A stretch of 64,000 bases of DNA from an uncultured Gammaproteobacteria bacterium (GCA_964651815.1 CAZYWG010000008.1:4824-68823), one strand, 5' to 3'; counted from the stretch's first letter, positions 39,570-50,433 are shown. Notes: a model not told the origin generated them from the sequence alone. A program made the numbers and translations.

Positions 39570-41441
39570 TTAACTCGCGCCGCCGCCCCCGCCTCCTCCT
39601 CCACCACCCCCGCCGCCTGAAAAGCCTCCACCAGAACCAGATGAAAAAGAGGAAGAAAATGCCGTTCCCATATCTGACATACTTTGCGAGAATCCGGTCG
39701 CAAAATCAGTGCCAATTCCTGACATAGAATTCGAGACATTTTGTCCTGATACCGAACTGTAATAATACCACCCCGGCACAACCGCGCCGCTTTGTGACAA
39801 AATTAATGGAAGATATTGGGCAACTTTTGTAGCTATTCCAAAAACAGTCCCGTAAACCAGCATTTCTTCCCAAATAACCAGAGCCTGCGGAAGTTCATTT
39901 TTAAATTGGGAAAAATCATTTAGAAAGTGTTTAAACGCCAACCACTCAAATGCTTCTTTACCGGCAGCTTTTGTCCATCTTAGAAACTTGTTTGAAATAC
40001 CCAAAAAGATTGCTCCTCCAAAAATTATTAAAATCCAACTGGCTTCTGCAAATTTAAATATATCGATACCAAAAAATAAAGAAAGAGCACCAGAAATTAT
40101 TATTGCAAAAACAATGTTTGAAATTATAAAAAATTTTCTCCAAGTTGTACTTTGAACTTCAACATCTTTAGAGAGCGTAAATTCAGCTTTTATTTGATCT
40201 TGCCAGCTCTTAAAAAAAGTTCTCGTTTTCATGGGATAACTTTTCATGCCACTTTTGATATCATCAACTTTGATATTTTTTGAATCATCCGAAAATGAAA
40301 AAATAAAATCATAGACTTGCTGCTCAAAATATTTGAGTGGTTTTTTTGAAGGGTAAGATTTTTCATCTTTGTGTATAATATAATTGTAAGAAGTTGAGCC
40401 AGCTCCTATCCCCAAAAATCCGCTTGAAACTTTTTCCTGTGCCTCTATTTTTATATATTTCTTTCGCGCTAAATCTAATATTGTAGCTGTAAAAGAATTG
40501 GCAGAAATATTTATACCTTGTGTAATTAATGCTTCAACAAGCGCCGGCTCAAGATTGGAAGGAGGATTATGTATATATTTTGGAACACCTTCGTAGTATT
40601 CACGTCCATGACGGCGCCACATTAAATACCAAAATATAATCCAAACTATGATAGCTGTAGGTATTGAAAATAATCCGACAACTCGTGTTCTTTCTTTTAA
40701 TACAGTTGCATTTTGAAATGATTTTTCTTCTTTTTTTATTCTTGGCAGCGCCGTTTCATCAATATGTGTGCCTGAAGTGATAAGCGACACTGGAAATAAA
40801 ACTCGGACTTCTACAAATGTGCTTTCAGGAATGTTTGAAACTAAAAATTGCACGGTTGATCCGTCAAGAATCAAGGCTTGGCCGTTGAGTGGACCGTGTC
40901 CCCAGACATAAACTTGATCTTTTGACGCGCCTTGCGGCAAATGAACTGTAACAGTTGCTTTATCTGTTTTGGTGGCCCATCCATCTCCTATTGCTTTCCA
41001 ATATAATTCTGCAACGTCATTATAAGAAGTTAGGGCATTAGTTACAGTGTATGTCAAAACAAATTCACGATTTTCATTGTATGAAGAATGATATGCTTCA
41101 ATATGTTCAGAATCCCCACGCCTTACTGCTGAAAACTTATGGACCGGACGATAAGGATCAGGAGCAGGAAATTGAATATATTTAACACTATCCGGGTTAT
41201 CTTCGGAAAACGAAACGTCATTTATTTCTTGATCACTTTTCAGAGGGATATCCCAATAAATTTGAGAGAAACTTCCGTCAAAATAAGACGTTCGCTTTTC
41301 AACCACATTGATGCTGGAATCCGGATTTACAGTAATATCAGAAGTGACGCTTGGGAAATAAAAAGACTTTGCATAACTTGCCTTTGGGAAAAGAAAAAAT
41401 AAAATCAAAAATAAAAGAGAAGCATTAAATACAACCTTCAT
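39570..41441 (-). CDS. DUF2207 membrane protein
   Basis: Signal peptide, ELYW..IG.GW, WGHGP, ATILDLA, WEEMLVY and a Gly-rich C-terminus. Confidence 0.92.
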   Translation of the reverse strand: MKVVFNASLLFLILFFLFPKASYAKSFYFPSVTSDITVNPDSSINVVEKRTSYFDGSFSQIYWDIPLKSDQEINDVSFSEDNPDSVKYIQFPAPDPYRPVHKFSAVRRGDSEHIEAYHSSYNENREFVLTYTVTNALTSYNDVAELYWKAIGDGWATKTDKATVTVHLPQGASKDQVYVWGHGPLNGQALILDGSTVQFLVSNIPESTFVEVRVLFPVSLITSGTHIDETALPRIKKEEKSFQNATVLKERTRVVGLFSIPTAIIVWIIFWYLMWRRHGREYYEGVPKYIHNPPSNLEPALVEALITQGINISANSFTATILDLARKKYIKIEAQEKVSSGFLGIGAGSTSYNYIIHKDEKSYPSKKPLKYFEQQVYDFIFSFSDDSKNIKVDDIKSGMKSYPMKTRTFFKSWQDQIKAEFTLSKDVEVQSTTWRKFFIISNIVFAIIISGALSLFFGIDIFKFAEASWILIIFGGAIFLGISNKFLRWTKAAGKEAFEWLAFKHFLNDFSQFKNELPQALVIWEEMLVYGTVFGIATKVAQYLPLILSQSGAVVPGWYYYSSVSGQNVSNSMSGIGTDFATGFSQSMSDMGTAFSSSFSSGSGGGFSGGGGGGGGGGGGGAS

Positions 41442-41511
41442 ATTTTTATAGTATCACAATTTATTTTTTGTATGTTAAAGTTGGTATTTTTTAGGAACTA
41501 AACTTAGAGTT

Positions 41512-41874
41512 TTAATAATTTGGGTTATTTTTGTAGGGGGATATATTGACAGTTTTTGGAGTGGGAGTTGGAGTGGGAGTGTTTGTTGCTATTGGAAAGA
41601 AGACTTTTGTAAGAGTTGGGGTTGGTGTAAGTGTTGGGGTGGCGATTAACTTAAATATGGGATGGGATGTTGGGGTTGGGGTTGCCGTTAAAGAGACTGT
41701 TGGAACCGGCGTGTCACTTGGAGCAATTGTTGGCGTTGGACTAACCGACACTTTTTCAGTATTCATAGACTTTCCTGATTTCCCAGCCAAATAAAATGAA
41801 ATTCCTGTTGCTGCGATAAATAAAAGGGCGCCCACCGCAATTAAAACCAAAGGCTTACTGAATAACTTCATCAT
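41512..41874 (-). CDS. Small membrane-anchored Pro/Thr-rich protein
   Basis: N-terminal TM and TPTPT repeats. Confidence 0.75.
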   Translation of the reverse strand: MMKLFSKPLVLIAVGALLFIAATGISFYLAGKSGKSMNTEKVSVSPTPTIAPSDTPVPTVSLTATPTPTSHPIFKLIATPTLTPTPTLTKVFFPIATNTPTPTPTPKTVNISPYKNNPNY

Positions 41875-42031
41875 TTTGGCAGTATAGCGGCGAACGTTCT
41901 TAATGTCAATAATTTTTTAGGATTTTTATTTCTTTCTCATCTGTTTTTCAGAAATTAATCATGATTGTTACAGTTTTATACAAAATATGTATATTGACTA
42001 GGAATTCTTAATTGTATTAATAATATCATTA

Positions 42032-43126
42032 GTGAAAAAATTCACCCTGTCCTGGATTTTATTTGTTGTATTTCCCGTTGCCGTTTTAGTTTTTCTATTT
42101 GGTAAAATAACAAACGTCCAAGGCGCCGCAAATCACTTAGTCATTTCTCAAGTTCAGGCCGGCTTGGGAAATAATGAATTCATTGAACTTTATAACCCTA
42201 CGTCTTCTGATGTCAATTTAACTAACTGGCATGTTACACACAAGCTAACTGCAACGAGTAGTGCCGGAACAAATTTTATCGTCTCAGGCCTCACTGGTAC
42301 AATTCACGCTCATGGGTATTATCTAATTGCAAATGACTCGGGTATCGCGTCCCCCTCTGCAGATATATCATACGGTACAAGTTTCAGTATCAATACAACC
42401 ATAGAACTATTCAGCGATAACAAAATAACTCTAGTTGATAAAGTTGGCTTTGGAACAAATGTTGATCCTGAAGGAGCGGCTGCACAGAACCCACCGGATG
42501 GTGGAAGTATTGAGAGAAAAGCAGATGACACAGGTGGTAATGGATTAGATACTGATAATAATTCAAACGATTTTGTGACTCTTGCAACTTCTGAACCGCG
42601 AAATTCCTCTATAATAGTTACTCCTACTCCAACCTCAACTCCCACACCAACTGATACTCCAACTCCAACAAATACACCAACGCCAACCCCGACTGATACA
42701 CCTACTCCAACACCTACCGATACTCCAACGCCGACCGCGACTCCCACTCCGACGCCTACTGAAACACCAACACCTACTCCAACCGAAACTCCTACTCCAA
42801 CCGCGACACCAACCCCAACGCCTACTGAAACGCCGACTCCAACTCCTACAAATTCACCCACTCCTACACTCACACCCTCTCCCACCGCAACGCCAACCCC
42901 AATTCCCCCGACACCAACGGCGACTTTGACCCCAACTTCAATTCCATCAACTCCAACACCTACGTTAACGCCGACTTTGTCTCCAACTGCTACACCTACT
43001 CCTACAATTATTTTCCCACAAATCCCAAGATTCCAGACAGTTTGCGTAACTCATTTTATAGATTTTACAGTGCTATTTTTACACTTCCACATTCCATACC
43101 CGGTGTGTACTTTGGTGAGAATTTAA
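42032..43126 (+). CDS. Secreted lamin-tail-domain protein with a long PT-repeat stalk
   Basis: Signal peptide; [16 protein letters not shown] (LTD); [13 protein letters not shown]; PT repeats. Confidence 0.88.
   Translation: MKKFTLSWILFVVFPVAVLVFLFGKITNVQGAANHLVISQVQAGLGNNEFIELYNPTSSDVNLTNWHVTHKLTATSSAGTNFIVSGLTGTIHAHGYYLIANDSGIASPSADISYGTSFSINTTIELFSDNKITLVDKVGFGTNVDPEGAAAQNPPDGGSIERKADDTGGNGLDTDNNSNDFVTLATSEPRNSSIIVTPTPTSTPTPTDTPTPTNTPTPTPTDTPTPTPTDTPTPTATPTPTPTETPTPTPTETPTPTATPTPTPTETPTPTPTNSPTPTLTPSPTATPTPIPPTPTATLTPTSIPSTPTPTLTPTLSPTATPTPTIIFPQIPRFQTVCVTHFIDFTVLFLHFHIPYPVCTLVRI
42618..43005 (+). repeat. Pro-Thr coding tandem repeat (PTxTPT units)
   Basis: ACN-CCN low-complexity array inside the LTD gene. 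Confidence 0.9.
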
Positions 43127-43866
43127 GCTTGAGTTTTAGTATCGGGAGAATTGCTAATCATTAAAGGGTTCTTATTTCCTAACTTTATTATGACGGATCT
43201 TATGCGATCATGAATTACCTGTATTGATTTCAATCCAAAAAAATCTTTTATTTCATCAGGTGTCCACTTTCTTCCATCTTCTAATCCTAACCAAAGTGAC
43301 AAAGTTTTATACTGCATTGCTGTCAATCTTTCATGCGCTCCACCTTTAAGAACGTTGACCAAAGCATCCTCATCAAACTTTAATTTCTCTCTTCCCGCAG
43401 GTTTCATTGAATTTTCATCTCCTGATGATGGATCAGGCACTTGCTCTCTCAAGGAATCTGAACCTTCATCTACATCTACGACAAGAGACCGTACGCTCTT
43501 ACGCAAATCCCTCTCTCTGTCGCTCAAATATTTATCCTTCTCATCCGTTTCATTTCTTAATTTCTGTGAAGCATTTCTAAAAATGGTGGGAAGCTGGTAA
43601 TTTCCAATTGAAGGCAGTGTACCATCAATAAATGTTCTGTATCTTAGATTAATTTCAGATTGATATCCAACATATAATAAATAAGAAAGTGTTTCAAATC
43701 CAACACCCGTATCTTTTTTTAACCTCAATAAATCTACAGAATCAGCAGGGGACGCGTACTCAATGTGACCAGCCACTTTAGCGATTTGTAAAATTCTATT
43801 AGTCTTGGCAACTTTTTCTTTTGCCTCCGCTGCTTGATGATGAGCGCCAGATGTTTCAAGAACCAT
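43123..43866 (-). CDS. Hypothetical protein with a C-terminal sigma70 region-4-like HTH
   Basis: [32 protein letters not shown]...IRSVIIKL; own TTGACA...TAAAAT promoter. Confidence 0.7.
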   Translation of the reverse strand: MVLETSGAHHQAAEAKEKVAKTNRILQIAKVAGHIEYASPADSVDLLRLKKDTGVGFETLSYLLYVGYQSEINLRYRTFIDGTLPSIGNYQLPTIFRNASQKLRNETDEKDKYLSDRERDLRKSVRSLVVDVDEGSDSLREQVPDPSSGDENSMKPAGREKLKFDEDALVNVLKGGAHERLTAMQYKTLSLWLGLEDGRKWTPDEIKDFFGLKSIQVIHDRIRSVIIKLGNKNPLMISNSPDTKTQA

Positions 43867-43906
43867 TTAAAAACATTTTAGACTTATAGTACAACCTTGT
43901 CAATGA

Positions 43907-44290
43907 TTATATGTATTTTTTAGCAAAAATGTCTGCCTCTTTTTCCTGTTTCCGGATTTCTTCTTTTGTTTGAACAACCAGAGTTGAATTTCTATGACCC
44001 AATACAACATGCCCTATTTCATGCGCAATAGTGTAATCAATTTGTGCTTGGTCTTGCTCAAACAATTCATCACTTAAAAATATTAAGTGGCGGTCTTTTA
44101 TGTCGTTCCCGGTGAATGTAAATGCGTATGCGTCTTCCATTGAACCCATAAACCAACACTTTCGTGTGACAAACTTAATGATTTCAGGAGTCATGCCCGT
44201 TAAAACCCGGCAGACCATTACACCCATCCTTTTACTCCCAACGAGTTTACCCCCAAAAGAATCATAAATTTTTTTAATTTTGTCGTTCAT
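43907..44290 (-). CDS. Small HEXXH zinc metallopeptidase-like protein
   Basis: IAHEIGH...QEKEAD.FA. Confidence 0.8.
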   Translation of the reverse strand: MNDKIKKIYDSFGGKLVGSKRMGVMVCRVLTGMTPEIIKFVTRKCWFMGSMEDAYAFTFTGNDIKDRHLIFLSDELFEQDQAQIDYTIAHEIGHVVLGHRNSTLVVQTKEEIRKQEKEADIFAKKYI

Positions 44291-44298
44291 AAATTATA

Positions 44299-45132
44299 TT
44301 AGTCAGACTGCAATTCAGCAACCACCGGCATGTGGTCTGACCCCGCAAGTAATTCTGCCTTTGATGATACAACTTTTAAATTTTTAACCCAAATATAATC
44401 AATTTTTTGATGAAGGTGAAAAGGGAAAAACGACTTTAGCTTTAAAAAGAAAGGCGTTGCATATTTTTCGCTTACGTTAAAAATATCAACACTCCAAGGG
44501 ATATTTCTCGTCGCGTCGATAAATTCCTGACCGAGAACATTCTGAATTAGGGAGTACTCTTTCTTATGATTAAAAATGTCAATATTGTTAAAATCGCCGC
44601 AAATTATCTCATAATCCGCGTCTCTTGCTTTAAGCCTTTCAGCAAAAAAGTGTTCTAGTTGCCCAATTCTATAAGAAGTGTTGGCAAAAAATTCGGGATG
44701 TACACTCGAAAATAAAAAAGTTTTGTTGTTATACTCAAATTTTGCACTGATAAAAATACGCGGATATACCACACCCTTACCTCCCATAATAAGAGTTGAA
44801 AGAAGAAATTGATAAAGCGTAAGATGCTTCATTTTTTCCATTGGGATTGCTTTTTTTGAAATAAGCTTGAGTTTTTCAGAGTTATAAACAATGGCAGTCC
44901 CCCAACGCAATCCTGTTTTTACATCACAAAGAGCAAGCTCAATTTTCCAATTTTTCCCTAAGGCTTTGATTAATTCATCACCAATAAATGCGCTGCCTTC
45001 TTCCTTTACTACTTCCTGCAATGCAAAGATATTAACACCCTCTGAGGCAAGTTTTTGTAAATTTGAAGCGATTTTTTGAATATTATACGAGTGCAAAACA
45101 TTATACGTTGCAACTTTTAATTCCTTACTCAT
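44299..45132 (-). CDS. Endonuclease/exonuclease/phosphatase family protein
   Basis: ATYNV, LQEV, GDFN, IDYIW and SDHMPV motifs. Confidence 0.93.
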   Translation of the reverse strand: MSKELKVATYNVLHSYNIQKIASNLQKLASEGVNIFALQEVVKEEGSAFIGDELIKALGKNWKIELALCDVKTGLRWGTAIVYNSEKLKLISKKAIPMEKMKHLTLYQFLLSTLIMGGKGVVYPRIFISAKFEYNNKTFLFSSVHPEFFANTSYRIGQLEHFFAERLKARDADYEIICGDFNNIDIFNHKKEYSLIQNVLGQEFIDATRNIPWSVDIFNVSEKYATPFFLKLKSFFPFHLHQKIDYIWVKNLKVVSSKAELLAGSDHMPVVAELQSD

Positions 45133-45208
45133 AATTAATCCCTGTGATATTCTACCACTTGAGAATTATTATAATAACTTTATGCAAGAAGAAATTACAA
45201 GAAATGAA

Positions 45209-45616
45209 TTATGGCTCGGGTTTTATTTCGAGGATTAGACGAGGCAGATCATATTCATGCCAGTGTTCTGTAAGCTTGCCGCCTTTAACGCGGTAAATAT
45301 CAATAAACGTAGTCTTAACTTTTTGATTTGTTGGCTCGATCCCTAAAAAAACGCCCGAATGTATTCCCGTCATAGTAGAACGGGTTACAACCAGGTCTTC
45401 TTCTTCAATTATTAAATCCAGGTGAAAATTAATCTCAGAAAACGGCTTGAAAAAAAATTGTATATGCTCGCCCACCCCTTCTATACCCGCTGCGCTTTGC
45501 CCTGGAGTCCTACTATGTTCAATATATGAGGCGTCAATAAAATCTGAAAGGAGTGCAAGCTGGCCACCATTAAGAATCAGGTTGTAGAAATTTTCAATAA
45601 TCTTCTTATTATCCAT
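45209..45616 (-). CDS. SnoaL-like ester cyclase family protein
   Basis: GIHSG.FLGIEPT..KV....IDIYRV.GGKL.EHW. Confidence 0.88.
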   Translation of the reverse strand: MDNKKIIENFYNLILNGGQLALLSDFIDASYIEHSRTPGQSAAGIEGVGEHIQFFFKPFSEINFHLDLIIEEEDLVVTRSTMTGIHSGVFLGIEPTNQKVKTTFIDIYRVKGGKLTEHWHEYDLPRLILEIKPEP

Positions 45617-45717
45617 TCCACATAGTATAGCAATTTATTGAATGCTGTTCCATATTGCATTTTATAGGCGTAATTTGACTATTTGATTAAAGCGGACTAT
45701 TATCTTCATTTACATCA

Positions 45718-46350
45718 ATGCCGCAGCTTGAAATTGATCTAAGCCAACCTATAAACCCTTTTGGGGTGTGGGAAAGACGTGCCCACATTCCCGGTCTGAG
45801 AAGCGTGATGTCCTTGGGACTAAATGAACAATCTGCAGAATTAGAATCCGCGAATCTCAAAAAGAGTATTTTCAAATTTTTAGGGCCGGGCGCTTTATTA
45901 GGGAAAAACGTTTTAGAAATAGGAACAGGAATTGGTAGATTTACGCAGGATCTTGCAGATTTATCAGCCTCACTAACCTCAATTGATTTAAGCCACACAA
46001 TGCTTGAACGTGCGCGGCAAAGCATGAAAACATCCCCAAATGTTAATTTTCTAAAAGCCTCTGCCAGCAGCCTGCCCTTTGAGGACAGGAGCTTCGATTA
46101 TATATTTGAAGTAACCGTTCTTCTTCATATGCCGGACGAAAAGTTTCAAGAGATTATTCGCGAGTCAAAGAGAGTTTTAAAACCAGGAGGGAAACTATTC
46201 CTGTGTGGGCCACTTGCTGATTCTCATACCCAAATCCATCAATATGTAGTCCACAGAACTTTAGGTGAATATAAAGAAGCTCTCTTCCCTTTCAAAGTTG
46301 AAAAAACTGCAAATGCGGAAGACTATACCATGTTACTCGCCGGCAAATAA
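45718..46350 (+). CDS. Class I SAM-dependent methyltransferase
   Basis: VLEIGTGIG, IDLS..ML, LPFED.SFD and RVLKPGG motifs. Confidence 0.93.
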   Translation: MPQLEIDLSQPINPFGVWERRAHIPGLRSVMSLGLNEQSAELESANLKKSIFKFLGPGALLGKNVLEIGTGIGRFTQDLADLSASLTSIDLSHTMLERARQSMKTSPNVNFLKASASSLPFEDRSFDYIFEVTVLLHMPDEKFQEIIRESKRVLKPGGKLFLCGPLADSHTQIHQYVVHRTLGEYKEALFPFKVEKTANAEDYTMLLAGK

Positions 46351-46385
46351 AAACTATCAGAAGGAAATGGAAGAAAGAAGTAGAT

Positions 46386-46445
46386 CTATTTCTTTTTTTT
46401 TGCTTTTTTCTTTTCCCTTTTTCCGTGGGTGTGTTTTTCAGCCAT
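46386..46445 (-). CDS. Candidate 19-aa Lys-rich peptide MAEKHTHGKREKKKAKKKK
   Basis: ATG...TAG ORF below the ORF-track cutoff, with TTGCAT-17-TAAATT immediately upstream. Confidence 0.45.
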   Translation of the reverse strand: MAEKHTHGKREKKKAKKKK

Positions 46446-46530
46446 ATATATAATTTAAACTACCTTTGAAATTTATGCAATACCCATAATGCCACTGGTA
46501 AAAATTGTTATATTCAAGTATATTATTCAG

Positions 46531-47085
46531 ATGGAAGAAAAATGTCCAAAGTGCGGATCGCCTCTTAGCCCGGTCAGTGAAACACCTACGGGGAGAAAAC
46601 TACAAAAATGCTCAACCGGGAGTTGGAACAGTGAAACAAAAAAAGCAGAAGGGTGCGATTATGTAAAATGGCTTGAAACGCCAGCAGAAACACTTGATGA
46701 AAAATGCCCAAAATGTGGCTCCCCACTTATTATGGTCGTCACGAGGTTCGGCAAAAAAATGAAGAAATGCTCAACCAATGTGTGGAATAAAGAAACCAAA
46801 AAAGCAGAGGGTTGTGATTTTGTAGAATGGCAAAACGGGACCACTGAAACATTAGACGAGGATTGTCCTGACTGCGGAAACAAGCTTATCTTATTCACAA
46901 CATCAACAGGCAAGAAGATGAAAAAATGCTCAACAAGCGGCTGGGACAGAGAGAAAAAACAAGCAACCGGATGCACTTATGTTGAATGGCTAAAACCTGG
47001 AGATTATATGAAGAACGACGGAATCCCGGTCTCCGGTGGCGAACCAAAAGATGAACCCCCACTACCCTCTGACCCAAATTCCTAG
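46531..47085 (+). CDS. Stand-alone topoisomerase-type C4 zinc-ribbon repeat protein (3 repeats)
   Basis: Three ~52-aa units CPxCG...KCS...GCxYVxW; likely start MEEKCPKCG. Confidence 0.82.
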   Translation: MEEKCPKCGSPLSPVSETPTGRKLQKCSTGSWNSETKKAEGCDYVKWLETPAETLDEKCPKCGSPLIMVVTRFGKKMKKCSTNVWNKETKKAEGCDFVEWQNGTTETLDEDCPDCGNKLILFTTSTGKKMKKCSTSGWDREKKQATGCTYVEWLKPGDYMKNDGIPVSGGEPKDEPPLPSDPNS

Positions 47086-47155
47086 TGCGGGTAAAAACAA
47101 TAACGAAATTACAGTACGATTTTTTGTATAAAAGTGGTATACTAACCCGAGACAA

Positions 47156-47644
47156 ATGAGTAATAACACAAAAACCCCCGGAAATATTGATTCCTTCAAC
47201 CCTGATTTAAATTCAAAACTCGCGGAAATGGAAGAAGAAAATTATTTATTCATTGTGGCCGATCTTAAAAAAGCTTTTCTTTATCTTTTTAACAATGGGA
47301 ATCTTGCGACGACACGCAAAATAATGGACCCAACGGTTAACAAGAAAATAAAATCAAATTCGGGGGAATTATCAGGAAGAAACACAAAGCTTGACCACAA
47401 AATTGATAATCAAATTCACAGACATCTTCAGTTAATTGCAAAAGAGGCAACAATTTTAGTATCCGGCAAAAAAATTAATGGAATTTTTATTGGCGGCCAT
47501 AAAACGCTTTTTAACAAAATCGAAAAGGAATTGCCTACGGCTTTACAAAAAATGATTCGGGGAGAATTTGTCACAGAACTCAACATACCCGAGGAAGAAT
47601 TAATAAGCCACTGCAGCCGCACGCTCCTAGATTATCTAAAATAG
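47156..47644 (+). CDS. Host-attachment/baeRF (eRF1-related) family protein
   Basis: FIVAD...AFLY and IFIGG......IEKELP..L pattern. Confidence 0.55.
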   Translation: MSNNTKTPGNIDSFNPDLNSKLAEMEEENYLFIVADLKKAFLYLFNNGNLATTRKIMDPTVNKKIKSNSGELSGRNTKLDHKIDNQIHRHLQLIAKEATILVSGKKINGIFIGGHKTLFNKIEKELPTALQKMIRGEFVTELNIPEEELISHCSRTLLDYLK

Positions 47645-47705
47645 ACCCTAATACAAAAGGCAAGATTACAAAAACTCACTCTTTAGATTTTTAGAAGGAT
47701 AAGAA

Positions 47706-48326
47706 TTATTCTACTGCGGGGGTTTCTACGCTTTCGGGTACTTTGACTTCGTCGACTGCGTCGACCGGAACTGCAATTGTTGCTTTTTTGCTTACTTTTT
47801 TCTTCTTTACAACCGGAATTGCTTTTTCAGGTACAAGCTGCATATCTTCTTCCCTCACCACGTTTTCATCTTTAACCTCTTTGACCTTTGGTTGCTCACT
47901 CGATTGGGATTTTACTGAAACGGCCGGTACCAATATTTTCAAAATTCTATCTAGTTTGTAGTTAAGTGCATCAAATTGTTCTTTGTAGGAGTTACTATCT
48001 GATGGTCTTCCTCCACCAAAATCAGGTCTTGGACTTGGACGAGAATCAAAACTTGGGCGCGAGTCACGTCTGGTATCAGGTCTGCTTTCGGTTCTTCTAT
48101 TATCTCCTCCATTGTTTTCTCTGAAACAGTCTCTACAAAAAACGGGCTTACCATTTGTAGGTCTAAATGGGACTTCACATTCTTTGCCACAATTACTACA
48201 AACAGCCTTAAACATTTCGCGGTCTCCTCCACGATTTCCACCAAAGTCTCTATTGCCAAAACTTCGTCCGCCGCCTCCTCTTGAATCTGGGGCGCCAAAT
48301 CTTTTTTCTCTCTTAAAATCACGCAT
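47706..48326 (-). CDS. CxxC-x17-CxxC zinc-ribbon protein with RG-rich segments
   Basis: MFKAVCSNCGKECEVPFRPTNGKPVFCRDCF. Confidence 0.9.
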   Translation of the reverse strand: MRDFKREKRFGAPDSRGGGGRSFGNRDFGGNRGGDREMFKAVCSNCGKECEVPFRPTNGKPVFCRDCFRENNGGDNRRTESRPDTRRDSRPSFDSRPSPRPDFGGGRPSDSNSYKEQFDALNYKLDRILKILVPAVSVKSQSSEQPKVKEVKDENVVREEDMQLVPEKAIPVVKKKKVSKKATIAVPVDAVDEVKVPESVETPAVE

Positions 48327-48386
48327 AGTCTTGTATTATACATTGTTTGGGTCGCATTAGCGAATGTAATGGAGAAAATAAAAGTC

Positions 48387-49007
48387 TTATCTTGGTCTTC
48401 TACGTTGTTGCGTGGGAATCCATTCCGAAATTTTTATGACCGAATTTAAAAGATTTGTGCTTTCCGTAACTCCTCCGGATTCAGTCACGGATTCTGTTAA
48501 AGCAGATCTTTGTTTATCATTAAGTCCCGCCACATCACCATACGCTTTTATCACAAGGAGCGCCTGAGGGGATAGTCTTTGAGTAAGCCCTAGCGCACCT
48601 TGAAGAAGCCTGAGTGCGTTGTTTCCTCGACCAATCTCATCAAGAAGAGTCATTCGATATTCCGGCGGGAGAGGAGTACGATCAAGTGCAGCACCACTTG
48701 CAAAACTTTGGAGCAAAGTCACCCTTTCGTGTTGCGTTGCGGACATAAGCTCTTGGCCTAAAGACCTTTCTTCCCAAGCAGCTCTAATACTCGCCAAATA
48801 AGCAGCTTTTGTTTCACCATTCAATGATTCATAAAGTTTCCAACTTGCACCCGTTGCTCTCATTAATTCCGTTAATTCTGCAAGTTCACGGGCGCGCTTG
48901 TCTTTTTCAACTTTTTCCCTCGCAGCTGATTCGACAGCATCTTTCACTTGTTTATCAAGCTCAGAACCCGGATTATCTTTTGCGGTTCTCTCGAATGCTT
49001 CTTGCAT
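48387..49007 (-). CDS. Hypothetical protein
   Basis: 206-aa helical ORF with TGTAATATAAT shortly upstream. Confidence 0.75.
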   Translation of the reverse strand: MQEAFERTAKDNPGSELDKQVKDAVESAAREKVEKDKRARELAELTELMRATGASWKLYESLNGETKAAYLASIRAAWEERSLGQELMSATQHERVTLLQSFASGAALDRTPLPPEYRMTLLDEIGRGNNALRLLQGALGLTQRLSPQALLVIKAYGDVAGLNDKQRSALTESVTESGGVTESTNLLNSVIKISEWIPTQQRRRPR

Positions 49008-49071
49008 ATGATTTGTATTATATTACAAAATCTCAAGAATGAAAATTTAGTTGATAGGTTATAATATAAGT

Positions 49072-49956
49072 ATGGAATTTGTTGTAGTTCTTTATTATAA
49101 ATACACTCAGCTCGATGACCCTAAAGAAGTAATGAATTGTCAGCGCACGATTTGCGAAAAACTCAATCTGAAGGGAAGAATTTTAATTGCACATGAAGGG
49201 ATTAACGGGACTGTTGAAGGCCGAGCCCACGACATCGAACAGTATATAAAAGAAACAGAAAAGGACGCACCATTTAAAGATATAAATTGGAAGAAAAGTG
49301 CGGGAGACGGTAGTGCTTTCAAAAAACTTATAGTGCGAGTCAGGGCCGAAATTGTAACAACCGGAATTCCCGACAAAGATTTTGGTCCTCTAAAACGAGT
49401 AACCGGAAAATATTTAGATGCAGAAGAACTCTACGCATGGTTTTGTGAAAAACGCGAATTTTATATAATTGATATGAGAAACGATTTTGAATACGAACTC
49501 GGACGTTTTAAAAATTCAATCTGGCCGCAGGGACTAGGGCATTTTAGGGACGTACCAAATGCTATAAAGTCGATTGAGAATTTGAAGGATAAAACTGTTG
49601 TCACAGTCTGTACAGGAGGGGTAAGATGCGAAACTGCATCTGGACTTTTAATCAAATACGGATTCCGCGATGTTTACCAGCTAAGAGATGGAATAGTCAC
49701 TTTCATGGAAAAATATCCAAATTTGTTTTTTGAGGGAAAGCTTGTTGTGTTTGACGGGCGTGAGACAATAGGATTCAACACCGAGGCACCAGAACACAAA
49801 ACAGTAGGAAGGTGCAGAAATTGCGGGGGAACAAGCGAAAATCTTGTTAACTACTGGAATAATGGAGTTGATACTTACGGCGTTATATGTAAAAAATGTA
49901 TTGAAGCAAACCGCATAACATTGTCCCGCGATTATTACCAAAATCTATCAGACTGA
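49072..49956 (+). CDS. trhO: Rhodanese-domain tRNA U34 hydroxylase (TrhO/YceA family)
   Basis: LYYKY, GRILIA.EGINGT, DMRNDFEY..G.F, CTGGVRCE and VFDGR motifs. Start set at ATG 49072 after TATAAT. Confidence 0.9.
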   Translation: MEFVVVLYYKYTQLDDPKEVMNCQRTICEKLNLKGRILIAHEGINGTVEGRAHDIEQYIKETEKDAPFKDINWKKSAGDGSAFKKLIVRVRAEIVTTGIPDKDFGPLKRVTGKYLDAEELYAWFCEKREFYIIDMRNDFEYELGRFKNSIWPQGLGHFRDVPNAIKSIENLKDKTVVTVCTGGVRCETASGLLIKYGFRDVYQLRDGIVTFMEKYPNLFFEGKLVVFDGRETIGFNTEAPEHKTVGRCRNCGGTSENLVNYWNNGVDTYGVICKKCIEANRITLSRDYYQNLSD

Positions 49957-49960
49957 AGTA

Positions 49961-50431
49961 TTACGGTCTTTTCAGAAGGTTTTTTTGGAAAAGAGTCTGC
50001 TCAATAAGAAACAACCGCTCTTTTGAAAGTACTGGTAAATCATCATATGCGAAAAACTTGGCATCAACTACTTCATGGCTTTTCTTAAATTCGCCGCCAA
50101 TAAATTTGCCCAAAAAACATATATCAACGCGGGCCGTTTCCCTGTCTGTCCTAATTTTTAATTCTTCATCCGCGCTCACAATATATCCTGACTCTTCTTC
50201 TATTTCCCGTTCTAGCGCTTCTTGTGGATGCTCACGTGCTTTTATATAGCCGCCCGGTAAACCCCATTCGGTTTGCCTATAAGTATGTTTAAGAAGGAGA
50301 ATTTCATTTTTGTCGTTTAAAATAATTCCTGTTACGCCTATCAGAAATTGGTCTTGAAATATTCGCATGACAAAAAGTTGGAGGGATTTTGGAATATTGA
50401 ACAAACGCCAGATTTTAGCCAGACGTTCCAT
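49961..50431 (-). CDS. NUDIX hydrolase
   Basis: WGLPGGYIKAREHPQEALEREIEEESG Nudix box. Confidence 0.93.
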   Translation of the reverse strand: MERLAKIWRLFNIPKSLQLFVMRIFQDQFLIGVTGIILNDKNEILLLKHTYRQTEWGLPGGYIKAREHPQEALEREIEEESGYIVSADEELKIRTDRETARVDICFLGKFIGGEFKKSHEVVDAKFFAYDDLPVLSKERLFLIEQTLFQKNLLKRP

Positions 50432-50433
50432 TT

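Noticed and set aside
42319-42885. Minus-strand (GV)n ORF, and the + strand ORF at 41546-41794
   Set aside because: These are antisense shadows of Pro-Thr repeat coding sequence.
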